Part shown: piece by piece, positions 30,955 through 42,009 of the stretch | Layout: each line of letters starts with the position of its first letter | Numbering within the stretch: position 1 is the first letter of the stretch | Assembly (NCBI GenBank): GCA_958295695.1 | Contig: OY282363.1 | Span: 1,037,246-1,101,245 of the forward strand | Direction of reading: 5' to 3' | From: an uncultured Alphaproteobacteria bacterium | Lineage (GTDB): Bacteria > Pseudomonadota > Alphaproteobacteria > SP197 | Length of the DNA: 64,000 bases | Position numbers and translations under genes: made by a program | Notes under the pieces: model-generated | Database searches by the model: none | The model's input: only the letters and a program-made list of their open reading frames with translations | Told to the model about the DNA's origin: nothing

Positions 30955-32310
30955 ATGGACCGCGCCCAAGCCGCCGCCTGGCCGGAGACGACCGCGCTCC
31001 GGGCCCGGCCCTGCGACCGCCTCGAGGGCGTCGTCCGGGCGCCCGGCGACAAGTCGATCTCGCACCGCGCGCTCATCCTCGGCGGGCTGGCCGTCGGCGA
31101 GACGACCGTCTCGGGCCTGCTCGAGAGCGGGGACGCGATGGCGACCGCCGAGGCCATGACGGCCTACGGCGCGGAGGCGTCGCGCGGCGCCGACGGCGTC
31201 TGGCGCGTCCACGGTTGCGGCGTCGGCGGTCTGGGCGAGCCGGACCGCGTCCTCGACATGGGCAACGCGGGCACCGGCGTCCGCCTGCTGATGGGCGTCG
31301 CGGCGGGACATGCGTTCACCTCCTTCTTCACCGGCGACGCTTCTCTCCGCCGCCGTCCGATGGCCCGGGCGGCGGCGCCGCTGCGCGAGATGGGCGCCGC
31401 CTTCCTGTGCCGCGGCGGCGACCGGCTGCCGCTCGCCGTGACCGGCGGGAGACCGCTCCTTCCCGTCGAATACCGGCTTCCCGCGCCGTCGGCCCAGGTC
31501 AAGTCGGCCGTGCTGCTGGCCGGCCTGCACGCGCCCGGCGTCACCACGGTCGTCGAGACGGAGCGCACGCGCGACCACACGGAACGGATGCTGCGCGTCT
31601 TCGGCGCCGACGTGACCGTCGAGGATCGCGGCGACGGCGCGAGGGCGGTCTCGGTCGCGGGCCAGCCGGAGCTCGGGCCGGCCTCCATCCGCGTTCCCGG
31701 CGACCCGTCCTCGGCGGCTTTTCCGGTCGTCGCGGCGGCCTGCCTGCCGGGCTCGTCCGTCCGCGTCGAGGGCGTGGGCGTCAACCCGATGCGCACGGGC
31801 CTGTTCGAGACCCTGACGGACATGGGGGCGACGCTGCGTTTCGGGAATGAGCGCGAGGAGGGCGGCGAGCCGGTCGCCGACATCGAGGTCGAGGGCGCCG
31901 AACTGTCGGGCGTCGAGGTCCCGCCCGAACGGGCGCCGAGGACGATCGACGAGTATCCGGTCCTCGCGGTCGCCGCGGCCTGCGCCGCCGGCCGGACCGT
32001 CATGCGCGGCCTCGCCGAGCTCCGCCTCAAGGAGAGCGACCGGCTGGCCGCCGTGGCGGCGGGGCTGGCCGACAACGGTGTCGCGGTCGAGGAGCGCGAC
32101 GACGGCCTCGTCGTGACCGGGCGCGCCGGGCGTCCGCCGGGCGGGGGCACGGTCGCGACGAGGCTCGACCACCGCGTCGCCATGGCGTTCCTGGTGCTGG
32201 GCCTGCTCTCGCGCCATGGCGTCGCCATCGACGACGCCGCGCCCATCGACACCAGCTTTCCGGGCTTCGTCCGGCTGATGACCGGCCTGGGCGCCGCGTT
32301 CTCCCGGTGA
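30955..32310 (+). CDS. aroA: 3-phosphoshikimate 1-carboxyvinyltransferase (EPSP synthase), class II (CP4-like)
   Basis: 451 aa. 'APGDKSISHRALILGGLAVGETTVSGLLESGD', 'RRRPMARAAAPLREMGA', 'LPAPSAQVKSAVLLAGL', 'LRLKESDRLAAVAAGL', '...DHRVAMAFLVLGL'. Collinear with Agrobacterium CP4-type class II EPSPS. Confidence 0.9.
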   Translation: MDRAQAAAWPETTALRARPCDRLEGVVRAPGDKSISHRALILGGLAVGETTVSGLLESGDAMATAEAMTAYGAEASRGADGVWRVHGCGVGGLGEPDRVLDMGNAGTGVRLLMGVAAGHAFTSFFTGDASLRRRPMARAAAPLREMGAAFLCRGGDRLPLAVTGGRPLLPVEYRLPAPSAQVKSAVLLAGLHAPGVTTVVETERTRDHTERMLRVFGADVTVEDRGDGARAVSVAGQPELGPASIRVPGDPSSAAFPVVAAACLPGSSVRVEGVGVNPMRTGLFETLTDMGATLRFGNEREEGGEPVADIEVEGAELSGVEVPPERAPRTIDEYPVLAVAAACAAGRTVMRGLAELRLKESDRLAAVAAGLADNGVAVEERDDGLVVTGRAGRPPGGGTVATRLDHRVAMAFLVLGLLSRHGVAIDDAAPIDTSFPGFVRLMTGLGAAFSR

Positions 32311-33092
32311 CGCGGGTTCTCGTCGTCGCCGTCGATGGCCCGGCCGCCGCCGGGAAGGGCACGCTCGCGCGCCGCCTCTCGGAGCGCCTGGGCCTGCGCC
32401 GCCTCGACAGCGGGGCGATCTACCGCGCAGCCGCGGCGCGCCTGCTGGAGAGCGGCGGCGACCCGGCGGACGAGGCCCGGGCCGCGGCCGCGGCCCGGGC
32501 GCTCGCGCCTCGCGACCTGGAGCGGGACGGCCTGCGGGACCGGCGGATCGAACGGGCCGCGTCCGAACTCGCCGCCCATCCGGCCGTGCGCGCCGCGCTG
32601 CTGGCCTTCCAGCGGGATTACGCCGCCACGCCGCCGGGCGCCGTGATCGACGGCCGCGACATCGGCACGGTCGTCTGCCCCGAGGCGGACGTGAAGCTCT
32701 ACGTCACGGCGAGCCCCGAGGCGCGGGCGCGCAGGCGGCGGGACGAGCTCCTCGCCCGCGGCGACGCCGCGGATCTCGCCGCGGTCGCGGCCGAGATCGC
32801 CGAACGCGACCGGCGCGACACGGAGCGCGCCTGCTCGCCGCTGCGCCGGGCCGCCGACGCCGTCCCGCTCGACACCACCGCGCTGGACGCCGACGAAACC
32901 TTCCGGGCCGCCCTCGACATCGTGAGGGAGCGGTTGAACGCGGCGGGCAAGGCGACTATACAGACGCCCGCTTCGGCCCGGGGGCCGGAGGGCTTTCGTC
33001 TCGCGCCGGTCCGGGGGCCGGGCGAAATCTCAAGCGGAAGCCACGGGGAGCGGCGCCGCCGCTTCCGCGGAATCGATCTGGAGACGGAATGA
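32307..33092 (+). CDS. cmk: Cytidylate kinase
   Basis: GTG start overlapping the aroA stop (GTGA). 'VVAVDGPAAAGKGTLARRLSERLGLRRLDSGAIYRAAA' P-loop. '...VIDGRDIGTVVCPEADVKLYVTASPEARARRR'. ~45-aa non-conserved C-terminal extension. Stop overlaps the rpsA ATG (ATGA). Confidence 0.85.
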   Translation: MTRVLVVAVDGPAAAGKGTLARRLSERLGLRRLDSGAIYRAAAARLLESGGDPADEARAAAAARALAPRDLERDGLRDRRIERAASELAAHPAVRAALLAFQRDYAATPPGAVIDGRDIGTVVCPEADVKLYVTASPEARARRRRDELLARGDAADLAAVAAEIAERDRRDTERACSPLRRAADAVPLDTTALDADETFRAALDIVRERLNAAGKATIQTPASARGPEGFRLAPVRGPGEISSGSHGERRRRFRGIDLETE

Positions 33093-34945
33093 CCGACACC
33101 GGCACGGCGCTGGACGCGCCCGCGTCCGACGAGAATTTCGAGGACCTGTTCAACGAGTTTCTGGAGCGCGTCGATATCGTCGAGGGTGCCGTCGTCGAGG
33201 GCACGGTCGTGTCCGTCCAGGGCGATTCCGTGCTGATCGACGTCGGGCTGAAGGCCGAGGGCCGCGTGCCCCTGCGCGAGTTCACGCCGCCCGGCGGCGC
33301 GCCCGCGGTGGGCGAGGGCGACCGGGTCGAGGTGTTCGTCGAACGCCTCGAGAACCGCAACGGCGAGACCGTGCTGTCGCGCGAGAAGGCGCAACGCGAG
33401 GAGGTCTGGAACCAGCTCGAAACCGCCTTCGGGACCGGCGACCGCGTGAAGGGCTACATCGTCCAGCGGGTCAAGGGCGGCTTCACCGTGAACCTCGGCG
33501 GCGCCTTCGCCTTCCTGCCGGGCAGCCAGGTCGACATCCGTCCCGTGCGCGACGTGACGCCGCTGATGGGCGACGAACTCGAGTTCCGCATCCTCAAGAT
33601 GGACCGCCGTCGCGGCAACATCGTGATCTCGCGCCGCTCCGTGCTGGAGGACGAGCGCGCCGACCAGCGCGCCGAGCTGATCGCCGGCCTCGCCGAGGGC
33701 CAGGTGCTCGACGGCGTGGTCAAGAACATCACCGACTACGGCGCCTTCGTCGACCTGGGCGGCCTCGACGGCCTGCTCCACGTCACGGATATCTCCTGGC
33801 GCCGCATCAACCACCCCACCGAGGCGCTCAACATCGGCCAGACGGTGCGCGTGCAGGTGATCCGCTTCAACCCGGAGACGCAGCGCATCTCGCTCGGCAT
33901 GAAACAGCTCGAGGCCGATCCCTGGGAGGGCGTCGGCGCCAAGTATCCGGTCGGCGCGCGCTACTCGGGCCGGGTCACCAACATCACCGACTACGGCGCC
34001 TTCGTGGAGCTGGAGCCGGGCGTCGAGGGCCTCGTCCACGTCTCCGAGATGAGCTGGACCCGCAAGAACGCGCATCCGGGCAAGATCGTCTCGACCAGCC
34101 AGGAGGTCGAGATCGAGGTGCTCGACGTCGATTCCCACAAGCGGCGGATCAGCCTCGGCATCAAGCAGACGCGGGCCAACCCGTGGGAGGCCTTCCTCGC
34201 CCGGCATCCGGTCGGCAGCGACGTCGAGGGCGAGGTCAAGAACATCACCGAGTTCGGCCTCTTCGTCGACGTCGGAGACGATGTCGACGGCATGGTGCAC
34301 ATGTCCGATCTCAGCTGGTCGAAAGGCGGGGAAGAGGCGGCCGCCGGCTACAGGAAGGGCGACCGCGTCAAGGCCAGGGTGCTCGATGTCGATGTCGAGA
34401 AGGAGCGCATCGGCCTGGGCGTCAAGCAGCTCGAGGACGATCCGCTCGCCCATGCCCTGAAGGGCGTCTCGCGCGGCTCCGTCGTGACCTGCACGGTCTC
34501 GAAGATCGTGAACAACGGGATCGAGGTCCTGGTCGACGGCGCGGCGCCGGGCTTCATCCGCAAGGCCGAGCTCGCGCGCGAACGGGGCGATCAGCGGCCC
34601 GACCGTTTCGCCGAGGGAGACCGCCTCGACGCCAAGGTCACGGCGATCGACAAGGCGGGCCGCCGCCTGACCCTCTCGATCAAGGCGCTCGAGATCGACG
34701 AGGAGAAGAAGGCCATGCAGACCTATGGGTCGGCCGATTCGGGCGCGACGCTGGGCGACATCCTGGGCGCCGCCCTGTCCGCCAGGGACGCCGCGGACGG
34801 CGACGCGAAACCGGACGAGGCCGACGAAAATGACGAGACCGAGGCGGACGGGGACGCCGGAGACGGCGACGCGAAGGCCGACGAAACCGAGGTTGAAGGG
34901 ACGGACGGAGACGTCGGCGACGACGGGGGAGACAAGGCCCCGTAA
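33089..34945 (+). CDS. rpsA: 30S ribosomal protein S1
   Basis: Six S1 repeats (e.g. 'GAVVEGTVVSVQGDSVLIDVGLKAEGRVP', 'GQVLDGVVKNITDYGAFVDLGGLDGLLHVTDISW') plus an acidic C-terminal tail. Confidence 0.93.
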   Translation: MTDTGTALDAPASDENFEDLFNEFLERVDIVEGAVVEGTVVSVQGDSVLIDVGLKAEGRVPLREFTPPGGAPAVGEGDRVEVFVERLENRNGETVLSREKAQREEVWNQLETAFGTGDRVKGYIVQRVKGGFTVNLGGAFAFLPGSQVDIRPVRDVTPLMGDELEFRILKMDRRRGNIVISRRSVLEDERADQRAELIAGLAEGQVLDGVVKNITDYGAFVDLGGLDGLLHVTDISWRRINHPTEALNIGQTVRVQVIRFNPETQRISLGMKQLEADPWEGVGAKYPVGARYSGRVTNITDYGAFVELEPGVEGLVHVSEMSWTRKNAHPGKIVSTSQEVEIEVLDVDSHKRRISLGIKQTRANPWEAFLARHPVGSDVEGEVKNITEFGLFVDVGDDVDGMVHMSDLSWSKGGEEAAAGYRKGDRVKARVLDVDVEKERIGLGVKQLEDDPLAHALKGVSRGSVVTCTVSKIVNNGIEVLVDGAAPGFIRKAELARERGDQRPDRFAEGDRLDAKVTAIDKAGRRLTLSIKALEIDEEKKAMQTYGSADSGATLGDILGAALSARDAADGDAKPDEADENDETEADGDAGDGDAKADETEVEGTDGDVGDDGGDKAP

Positions 34946-35206
34946 TCCGCAAACCCGCCGCAGGGACCGCCGACGGTCCGGGACGCGCGCCAAGCCGGGC
35001 GGCGGCGAGAGCCCGCCGTTTCGCGTCGTCGCGCCGGGGGACGCCTTCCCGCGACATGCCGAAATCCCGCGAGAAACCGGAAAAAGCGTTCTGCCAGAAC
35101 CACTTACACTTGACGATACGCCGGCTCTCCGGCACCCTGACCCGCGATCGCGCCGAGAAGCCGGATCAGGGCGACGGGACCGCAGACCGGGGCCGGGGTT
35201 GCCGAC

Positions 35207-35500
35207 ATGACGAAATCGGAATTGATCGCGCGCCTTGCGGAGCGCCACCCGCACCTCTCCCAGCGCGATGTCGAGCGCATCGTGAACACGGTGTTCGACG
35301 AGATCGGCGGCGCGCTCGCGGCGGGCGGCCGGGTCGAGCTCCGCGGGTTCGGTTCGTTCTCGGTCCGCCGCCGCAACGCCCGGGTCGGCCGGAACCCCAG
35401 GACCGGCGCCACCGTCGAGGTCGGCGAGAAGTTCCTCCCGTTCTTCAAGACCGGCAAGGAGCTGCGCGAGCGTCTCAACATGAAGGACGGCGAGGACTGA
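35207..35500 (+). CDS. ihfB: Integration host factor subunit beta
   Basis: 97 aa '[91 protein letters not shown]'. Confidence 0.92.
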   Translation: MTKSELIARLAERHPHLSQRDVERIVNTVFDEIGGALAAGGRVELRGFGSFSVRRRNARVGRNPRTGATVEVGEKFLPFFKTGKELRERLNMKDGED

Positions 35501-35504
35501 TCCC

Positions 35505-35882
35505 GTGCCGGGCAATCCGCTGAAGCTCGCCGTCTGGCTTCTGGGCGCACTGGTGGCCCTGGCGATCGTGGCCTTCGTCCTGGCGAACCGGGCTCCGATC
35601 GTCGTCTCCTTCTCGCCGCTGCCCTGGCGGTCCTCGGAAGTGTGGCTGGGCGCCGTGGTGCTCGCGTTCTTCTGCGCGGGCGCGGTCATGGGCGGCCTCT
35701 TCGTCTGGGCCGGCGGCCACAAGAGCCGCGGGCTCTCCGCCCGGCGCAGGCGCCGCGTCAAGCTGCTGGAAAAGGAGCTCGACGACGCCCGGGCGCGCAA
35801 CCGGGACCTGGAAGACGAGGCCGGTCGGCGGGCGTCGGCGCGCCTGCCCGCCGCGCTCCCGGACGCGCGGGACGCCGCCTGA
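35505..35882 (+). CDS. LapA-family (DUF1049) inner-membrane protein
   Basis: GTG start 5 nt after ihfB. Two TM helices 'LKLAVWLLGALVALAIVAFVLA' and 'VWLGAVVLAFFCAGAVMGGLFVWA', then a basic/coiled tail. Position after rpsA-ihfB is conserved. Confidence 0.55.
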   Translation: MPGNPLKLAVWLLGALVALAIVAFVLANRAPIVVSFSPLPWRSSEVWLGAVVLAFFCAGAVMGGLFVWAGGHKSRGLSARRRRRVKLLEKELDDARARNRDLEDEAGRRASARLPAALPDARDAA

Positions 35883-35911
35883 CCGGGCGGGGACCGGCGT
35901 CGGAGGCCGCG

Positions 35912-36910
35912 ATGGCGCGCATGGTCCCGGCCGAGGAGGTCCACCGCCTTCTGGACTATCCGTCGCTTGTCGAGGCTCTCAAGCGGTTCCATCTGCGGGA
36001 CATCGACGAGGCCCTCGACGTGCATCTCGCCCAGCCCGCGCCGTCGGGACGCGAGAACATCCTCCTCGCGCTGCCGGCCTGGCGGCGCGACGACGCCCTC
36101 GGCGTCAAGCTGGTCACGGTCTTCCCCGACAACGAATACACCGGTACGGGCCTGCCGTCGGTCCAGGGGGTCTACGCCCTGTTCGACGGCCGGAACGGCG
36201 AGCCGTTGGCCCTGATCGACGGCGCGGCGCTGACCTTGCGCAAGACCGCGGGCGACTCCGCGACGGGAGCGAGCTTCCTGGCGCGGGAGGACGCCGCCGT
36301 GCTTCTCATGGTCGGCGCCGGCGCCATGGCGCCCCATCTGATCGTGGCGCACACCGCGGTCCGCCCGTCGATCTCCAGGGTCCTCGTCTGGAACCGCACG
36401 CCGGCGCGCGCACACAGCCTCGCCGCCGGCCTCGGGATCGAGGGCGTCCCGGTCGAGGCGACCGACGACCTCGAGGAGGCGGCGCGCGCGGCGGACGTGA
36501 TCTCCTGCGCCACGATGGCCACCGAGCCCCTCATCAAGGGAGCCTGGCTCAAGCCCGGCGCCCATCTGGATCTGGTCGGGAGCTTCCAGAAGCATATGCG
36601 CGAGAGCGATGACGACTGCATCCGGCGCGCGCGGATCTACATGGATTCGCGCATGTTCACGCTGGGTCGCGTGGGCGACATCTCGCAGCCGGCCGAGGCC
36701 GGCGTCATGACGGACGACGACGTCGCCGGCGACCTTTTCGATCTCGCGCGGGGCGTGTGCGAGGGGCGCCGCGCGGCCGACGAGATCACGCTGTTCAAGA
36801 ACTCCGGCGGCGGCCATCTCGACCTCGCCGCGGCCCGTTTCCTGATGACCAGGCTGGACCGGGAACGATCGGCGGCGGACGCTGACGACGGCTCGCGCGC
36901 TCTGTTATAA
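35912..36910 (+). CDS. Ornithine cyclodeaminase / mu-crystallin family protein
   Basis: 332 aa. '...LLMVGAGAMAPHLIVAHTAVRPSISRVLVWNRTPARAHSLA' Rossmann fold, '...ISCATMATEPLIKGAWLKPGAHLDLVGSF'. CGGAGG RBS. Confidence 0.7.
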   Translation: MARMVPAEEVHRLLDYPSLVEALKRFHLRDIDEALDVHLAQPAPSGRENILLALPAWRRDDALGVKLVTVFPDNEYTGTGLPSVQGVYALFDGRNGEPLALIDGAALTLRKTAGDSATGASFLAREDAAVLLMVGAGAMAPHLIVAHTAVRPSISRVLVWNRTPARAHSLAAGLGIEGVPVEATDDLEEAARAADVISCATMATEPLIKGAWLKPGAHLDLVGSFQKHMRESDDDCIRRARIYMDSRMFTLGRVGDISQPAEAGVMTDDDVAGDLFDLARGVCEGRRAADEITLFKNSGGGHLDLAAARFLMTRLDRERSAADADDGSRALL

Positions 36911-37022
36911 GCCGCCCGGCTCCAGGATCCGGAGGACGCCATGAACCGCCGAGACGCCGCGAAGCACCTCCCGTGCGCCGTCGATACGGCCGACCGGATC
37001 GTCCGGGAGATGGTGGGTCCCG

Positions 37023-37664
37023 ATGGCGGTTGACGCCAAGATCTGCGGGCTGAGCTCCGCTCCGGCCGTCGCCGCGGCTCTGGACCATGGCGCGCGCATG
37101 GTCGGGTTCGTGTTCTTTCCCGGCAGTCCGCGCCATGTCTCTTTCGAGCAGGCCGCCGCGCTGTCGCGGCCCATCGGACCCGAGGTCGAGCGGGTCGGCG
37201 TCATGACCGACCCGGACGACGATCTCCTGCGCCGGGCCATCGCCGCGGGCCGTCTTTCCGTCGTGCAACTCCATGGCGGCGAGACGCCGCGGCGCGTCGC
37301 GGAGATCCGGGAGCGTTTCGGCGCGAAGGTCATGAAGGTCGTGCGGGTTTCCGGATCCGACGATCTCGACCGGGCCACCGGCTTCGAGCCCGTCGCCGAC
37401 CTCCTGATGTTCGACTCCAAGCCGCCCCGGGGCGCGACGCGGCCCGGGGGTAACGCCGTGGCCTTCGACTGGCGTCTCCTGGCGGGCCGCGCGTGGCGGC
37501 GGCCGTGGCTGCTGTCCGGCGGGCTCGATCCCGACAACGTGGGCCGGGCGGTCGAATTGACCGGCGCGCGGGCGGTCGATGTGTCCTCGGGCGTCGAGTC
37601 GGCGCCGGGGGTCAAGGATCCGGCGCTCATCGGGACGTTCCTGGAGCGGGTCGCGGCGCTGTAG
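37023..37664 (+). CDS. trpF: Phosphoribosylanthranilate isomerase
   Basis: '[36 protein letters not shown]...VQLHGGETP...[15 protein letters not shown]' TrpF TIM-barrel motifs. Confidence 0.85.
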   Translation: MAVDAKICGLSSAPAVAAALDHGARMVGFVFFPGSPRHVSFEQAAALSRPIGPEVERVGVMTDPDDDLLRRAIAAGRLSVVQLHGGETPRRVAEIRERFGAKVMKVVRVSGSDDLDRATGFEPVADLLMFDSKPPRGATRPGGNAVAFDWRLLAGRAWRRPWLLSGGLDPDNVGRAVELTGARAVDVSSGVESAPGVKDPALIGTFLERVAAL

Positions 37665-37726
37665 GAACGGCCGGACACGGACATTGCGGAGACCATGCGA
37701 AACGGGCATGGTCCGCCCTCCGGACG

Positions 37727-38950
37727 ATGCGAAGCGCCATGGAACCGGTCAACACCTACCGCGCCGGCCCCGACGAGCGGGGCCATTTCGGTATGTTCGG
37801 CGGACGCTACGTCGCCGAAACGCTGATGCCCCTGATTCTGGACCTCGAAAAGGCCTGGAAGGAGGCGAAGGGCGATCCGGCGTTCCAGGCCGAGTTCGAC
37901 CATTGGGCCAGGCACTACATCGGCCGGCCGAGCCCCCTCTACTTCGCCGAGCGGCTCACCGGGTGCCTGGGCGGCGCGAAGATCTACTTCAAGCGCGACG
38001 AGCTCAACCACACCGGCGCGCACAAGATCAACAACACGGTGGGCCAGATCCTGCTCGCCCTGCGCATGGGCAAGCGCCGCATCATCGCGGAGACCGGCGC
38101 CGGGCAGCACGGCGTCGCGACGGCGACCGTGTGCGCCAGGGTCGGGTTGCCCTGCGTCGTCTACATGGGCGCGAAGGACATCGAGCGGCAGAAACCCAAT
38201 GTCTTCCGCATGAAGCTGCTCGGCGCGGAGGTCAGGCCGGTCGCCTCGGGCTCGCGGACGCTCAAGGACGCGCTCAACGAGGCCCTGCGCGACTGGGTCG
38301 CGAACGTGGAGACCACCTTCTACATCATCGGCACCGTGGCCGGCCCGCATCCCTATCCCGAGCTCGTGCGCGAGTTCCAGTCGGTCATCGGCCGCGAGGC
38401 GAAGGAGCAGATGATGGAGGCGGAAGGGCGGCTTCCCGACACGCTGGTCGCCTGCATCGGCGGCGGGTCGAACGCCATGGGCCTGTTCCACCCCTTCCTC
38501 GACGACGACGGCGTCGAGATCCATGGCGTCGAGGCGGCCGGACACGGTCTCGAAACCGGCAGGCACGCCGCCTCCATCGCCGGCGGCCGTCCCGGCGTGC
38601 TGCACGGCAACCGCACCTATCTGCTGCAGGACGACGACGGCCAGATCGTCGAGGCGCACTCGATCTCCGCGGGCCTCGACTATCCGGGGATCGGGCCGGA
38701 GCACGCCTGGCTCGCCGATGTCGGGCGCGTGACCTACGTCTCGGCGACCGACGCGGAGGCGCTGGAAGCCTTCCAGCTCTGCACGCGGCTCGAAGGCATC
38801 ATCCCCGCGCTGGAGCCGGCCCATGCGCTGGCCCATGTCATGAAGATCGCGCCGGACCTGCCGCGCGACCACATCATCTGCATGAACATGTGCGGCCGCG
38901 GCGACAAGGACGTGTTCGCCGTCGCCGAGGCCCTGGGAGTGGCGATGTGA
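37727..38950 (+). CDS. trpB: Tryptophan synthase beta chain
   Basis: '[17 protein letters not shown]', '[17 protein letters not shown]' (PLP Lys), '[10 protein letters not shown]'. ATG 37727; an alternative ATG at 37739. Confidence 0.9.
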   Translation: MRSAMEPVNTYRAGPDERGHFGMFGGRYVAETLMPLILDLEKAWKEAKGDPAFQAEFDHWARHYIGRPSPLYFAERLTGCLGGAKIYFKRDELNHTGAHKINNTVGQILLALRMGKRRIIAETGAGQHGVATATVCARVGLPCVVYMGAKDIERQKPNVFRMKLLGAEVRPVASGSRTLKDALNEALRDWVANVETTFYIIGTVAGPHPYPELVREFQSVIGREAKEQMMEAEGRLPDTLVACIGGGSNAMGLFHPFLDDDGVEIHGVEAAGHGLETGRHAASIAGGRPGVLHGNRTYLLQDDDGQIVEAHSISAGLDYPGIGPEHAWLADVGRVTYVSATDAEALEAFQLCTRLEGIIPALEPAHALAHVMKIAPDLPRDHIICMNMCGRGDKDVFAVAEALGVAM

Positions 38951-39777
38951 GCGGCGGCCGCATCGAGAGGCGCTTCGCCGCGCTCGGGCGCGAGGGCCGC
39001 GCCGGCCTCGTCGCCTTCGTCACGGCTGGAGACCCGAACCCCGGGCTTTCCCGCGAGATCGTCGCCGGCCTGCCCGGCGCCGGCGCCGACGTCATCGAGC
39101 TCGGCATGCCGTTCACCGACCCCATGGCGGACGGGCCGACAATCCAGGCCTCATCCCGGCGCGCCCTGCGGGCCGGGACGACGCTGCGGCGCACGATCGA
39201 TCTGGTCCGGCATTTCCGCCGGACCGACCGGGACACGCCCGTCGTGCTCATGGGCTACTACAATCCCATCTACGCCTACGGCAACGAGGCGTTCCTCGCC
39301 GACGCGAAGGAGGCGGGGGTCGACGGGCTCATCCTCGTCGACCTGCCGAGCGAGGAGGACGGCGAGCTCTGCCTGCCCGCGATCGAGGCCGGCCTCGACT
39401 GGATCCGGCTCGCCACGCCCACGACCGACGAGGCGCGCATGCCGGCCGTCCTCTCGAACGCCTCCGGCTTCGTCTACTACGTGTCGATCGCCGGGATCAC
39501 CGGCACCCGCTCGGCCGATCCCGCCGCGGTCGGCGAGGCCGTGGCGAGGCTGAAGGCGCGCACCGACCTCCCGGTGGCGGTGGGCTTCGGCATCGCCACG
39601 GCCGAACAGGCCGCCGCCGTCGCGCGCGTCGCCGACGCCGCCGTCGTCGGCTCGGCCTTCTGCCGGGCCGTGGCCGACGGGTTGGACGGCGACGGTGACG
39701 GAACGCGCGCTTGCGTCGACAACGTGCTCGGTCTCGCCCGCGAGCTGGCCGCGGGCGTCGGGAGCGCGGCGGCATGA
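38947..39777 (+). CDS. trpA: Tryptophan synthase alpha chain
   Basis: GTG overlapping the trpB stop (GTGA). '[12 protein letters not shown]...[21 protein letters not shown]', '[13 protein letters not shown]'. Confidence 0.88.
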   Translation: MSGGRIERRFAALGREGRAGLVAFVTAGDPNPGLSREIVAGLPGAGADVIELGMPFTDPMADGPTIQASSRRALRAGTTLRRTIDLVRHFRRTDRDTPVVLMGYYNPIYAYGNEAFLADAKEAGVDGLILVDLPSEEDGELCLPAIEAGLDWIRLATPTTDEARMPAVLSNASGFVYYVSIAGITGTRSADPAAVGEAVARLKARTDLPVAVGFGIATAEQAAAVARVADAAVVGSAFCRAVADGLDGDGDGTRACVDNVLGLARELAAGVGSAAA

Positions 39778-40685
39778 GCTGGCTGTCCGATCTCGCGCTG
39801 CCCAAGATCCGCGACCTCGTCCGCAAGACGCAGACGGAGGAAACGCTGTGGACCAAATGCCACGGCTGCGAGCAGATGATCTTCCATCGCGACCTCGAGG
39901 CGGCGATGAACGTCTGCCCCCATTGCGGATTCCACATGCGGATCGCTCCCGATGTGCGGTTGCGCGCGCTGTTCGGCGACGGCGGCTTCACCGTGATCGA
40001 GCTTCCCAGGGTCAAGGCCGACCCGCTGCGGTTCCGCGACCGCAAGCGCTACCCGGACCGCATCAGGGAGGCGCGGGTCAGGACCGGCCGCCGCGACGCC
40101 ATCGTCGTGGCCCACGGCGAGATCGGCTCGCGGCCGGTCGTCTGCGCGATCCTCGACTTCGACTTCATGGGCGGCTCGATGGGGACCGCCGTCGGCGAGG
40201 CGATCGTCGCCGCGGCGCGTCTCGCCCGGCTGCAAGAGGGCGCGCTGGTCATCTTCTCCGCCTCGGGCGGCGCGCGCATGCAGGAAGGCATCCTTTCGCT
40301 CATGCAGATGGCGAGGACGACCGCGGCGATCGCCGAATTGAAGGAAGCCGGCCTGCCCTACATCAGCGTCATGACGAATCCGACGACCGGCGGCGTCACG
40401 GCCTCGTTCGCCATGCTGGGCGACGTTTCGATCGCCGAGCCCGGCGCCATCATCGGCTTCGCGGGCGCGCGCGTGATCGAGGAGACGATCCGCGAGAAGC
40501 TGCCGGACGGATTCCAGCGCGCGGAGTATCTGCTGGAGCACGGCATGCTCGACATGGTGGCGCCACGCTCCGAGCTGCGCCGGAGGATCGCGAGCCTCCT
40601 TCGGCACCTCATGCCGGTCCGCTCCCGGGAGGGCGCGCTCCTCCCCGTTCCCGCGAACGACGCCGAGGAGGCGGCGCCCGCGTGA
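39774..40685 (+). CDS. accD: Acetyl-CoA carboxylase carboxyltransferase subunit beta
   Basis: Zn-ribbon '[30 protein letters not shown]'. '...[14 protein letters not shown]...[13 protein letters not shown]'. ATGA overlap with the trpA stop. Confidence 0.9.
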   Translation: MSWLSDLALPKIRDLVRKTQTEETLWTKCHGCEQMIFHRDLEAAMNVCPHCGFHMRIAPDVRLRALFGDGGFTVIELPRVKADPLRFRDRKRYPDRIREARVRTGRRDAIVVAHGEIGSRPVVCAILDFDFMGGSMGTAVGEAIVAAARLARLQEGALVIFSASGGARMQEGILSLMQMARTTAAIAELKEAGLPYISVMTNPTTGGVTASFAMLGDVSIAEPGAIIGFAGARVIEETIREKLPDGFQRAEYLLEHGMLDMVAPRSELRRRIASLLRHLMPVRSREGALLPVPANDAEEAAPA

Positions 40686-41977
40686 CCGACGCCTCGAGCG
40701 ATGTTCTGCTCGAGAGGTTGACGCGGCTTCATCCGAAGCTCATCGACCTGTCGCTCGACCGGATGTTCCGCCTTCTCGATGCGCTGGGCGATCCCCATCT
40801 CGACCTCCCGCCGGTCGTCCATGTCGCCGGCACGAACGGGAAGGGGTCGGTCGTCGCCTACCTGCGCGCGGCGCTCATGGCGGCCGGCTACCGGGTCCAC
40901 GCCTACACCTCGCCCCATCTCGTGCGCTTCCACGAGCGGGTCGAGATCGCCGGCGAGGCGATCGCCGAGGCCGATCTCGCCGCCCTCCTCGACGAGTGCG
41001 AGAGGGCGAACGGCGGGCGGCCCATCACGTTCTTCGAGGTCACGACGGCCGCCGCCTTCCTGGGCTTCTCGCGCGCGCCGGCCGACATCCTCCTCCTGGA
41101 GACGGGGCTCGGCGGCAGGCTCGACGCCACCAACGTGATCGACCGTCCGCTGCTCGCGGTCATCACGCCGGTCTCGCTCGACCACCAGCAGTTCCTCGGC
41201 GAGTCGCTGGCCGAGATCGCCGGCGAGAAGGCCGGCATCGTCAAGCCCGGAGTCCCCGTCGTGGTCGGCCCGCAGGAGCCGGCCGCGCGCGACGCGATCC
41301 TGGCGCGCGCGCGACGCCTCGGCGCGCCGGTCCTGCTGGCCGGCCGGGACTACGACGTCGTGTCGGTGACGGAGAGCGGGTTCGCGATGACGGACGGCGA
41401 AGCGGCGCTGACGCTCCCGCGTCCCGTCCTCGCCGGTCCGCACCAGCCCATGAACGCCGCCGTGGCCGTGGCGGCCCTGCGGCGTTTGCCCGGTTTCGTT
41501 GTGACCGACGACCGCCTCGCTGAGGGTTTGCGCGCCGCCCGCTGGCCCGCCCGGCTGCAGCGTCTGGAGCACGGGCGCCTCAACCGACTCGCCGGTCCCG
41601 ATGTCGATCTGTGGCTCGACGGCGGCCACAATCCGGCGGCGGGCCGGATCCTCGCCGACATGGCGGCCACGTGGCGCGACCGTCCGCTCGATCTCGTCGT
41701 CGGCATGATGAACACGAAGGACCCGGCGGGCTTCATCGCGCCGCTCGCGCCCCATGTGCGCCGCGCGGTCGCGGTCGGCATTCCCGGCGAGAAGAACACG
41801 CTGCCGGCCGAAACGACCCGCGCCGTCCTGGCGGCGGACGGTCTCGAGGCCGGCGCGGCGGACGGTCTCGAGGACGCCGTGCGCATGTTGGCGGCGCGGT
41901 CGGACGGGCGGTCGCGGATCCTGATCTGCGGCTCGCTCTACCTCGCCGGCCGGGCGCTGGCCGCGCAAGCGGAATGA
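40682..41977 (+). CDS. folC: Bifunctional folylpolyglutamate synthase / dihydrofolate synthase
   Basis: GTG overlapping the accD stop. 'VVHVAGTNGKGSVVAYL' P-loop, 'TSPHLVRFHERVEI', 'LLETGLGGRLDATNVI', 'WLDGGHNPAAG'. Confidence 0.88.
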   Translation: MTDASSDVLLERLTRLHPKLIDLSLDRMFRLLDALGDPHLDLPPVVHVAGTNGKGSVVAYLRAALMAAGYRVHAYTSPHLVRFHERVEIAGEAIAEADLAALLDECERANGGRPITFFEVTTAAAFLGFSRAPADILLLETGLGGRLDATNVIDRPLLAVITPVSLDHQQFLGESLAEIAGEKAGIVKPGVPVVVGPQEPAARDAILARARRLGAPVLLAGRDYDVVSVTESGFAMTDGEAALTLPRPVLAGPHQPMNAAVAVAALRRLPGFVVTDDRLAEGLRAARWPARLQRLEHGRLNRLAGPDVDLWLDGGHNPAAGRILADMAATWRDRPLDLVVGMMNTKDPAGFIAPLAPHVRRAVAVGIPGEKNTLPAETTRAVLAADGLEAGAADGLEDAVRMLAARSDGRSRILICGSLYLAGRALAAQAE

Positions 41978-42009
41978 CCGCCAGGCCAGTCCGCCGAAAC
42001 CGGATCCGC

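Noticed and set aside
32699-36817. 1372-aa minus-strand ORF
   Set aside because: Antisense to cmk, rpsA, ihfB and the OCD gene. No domain signal. A GC artefact.
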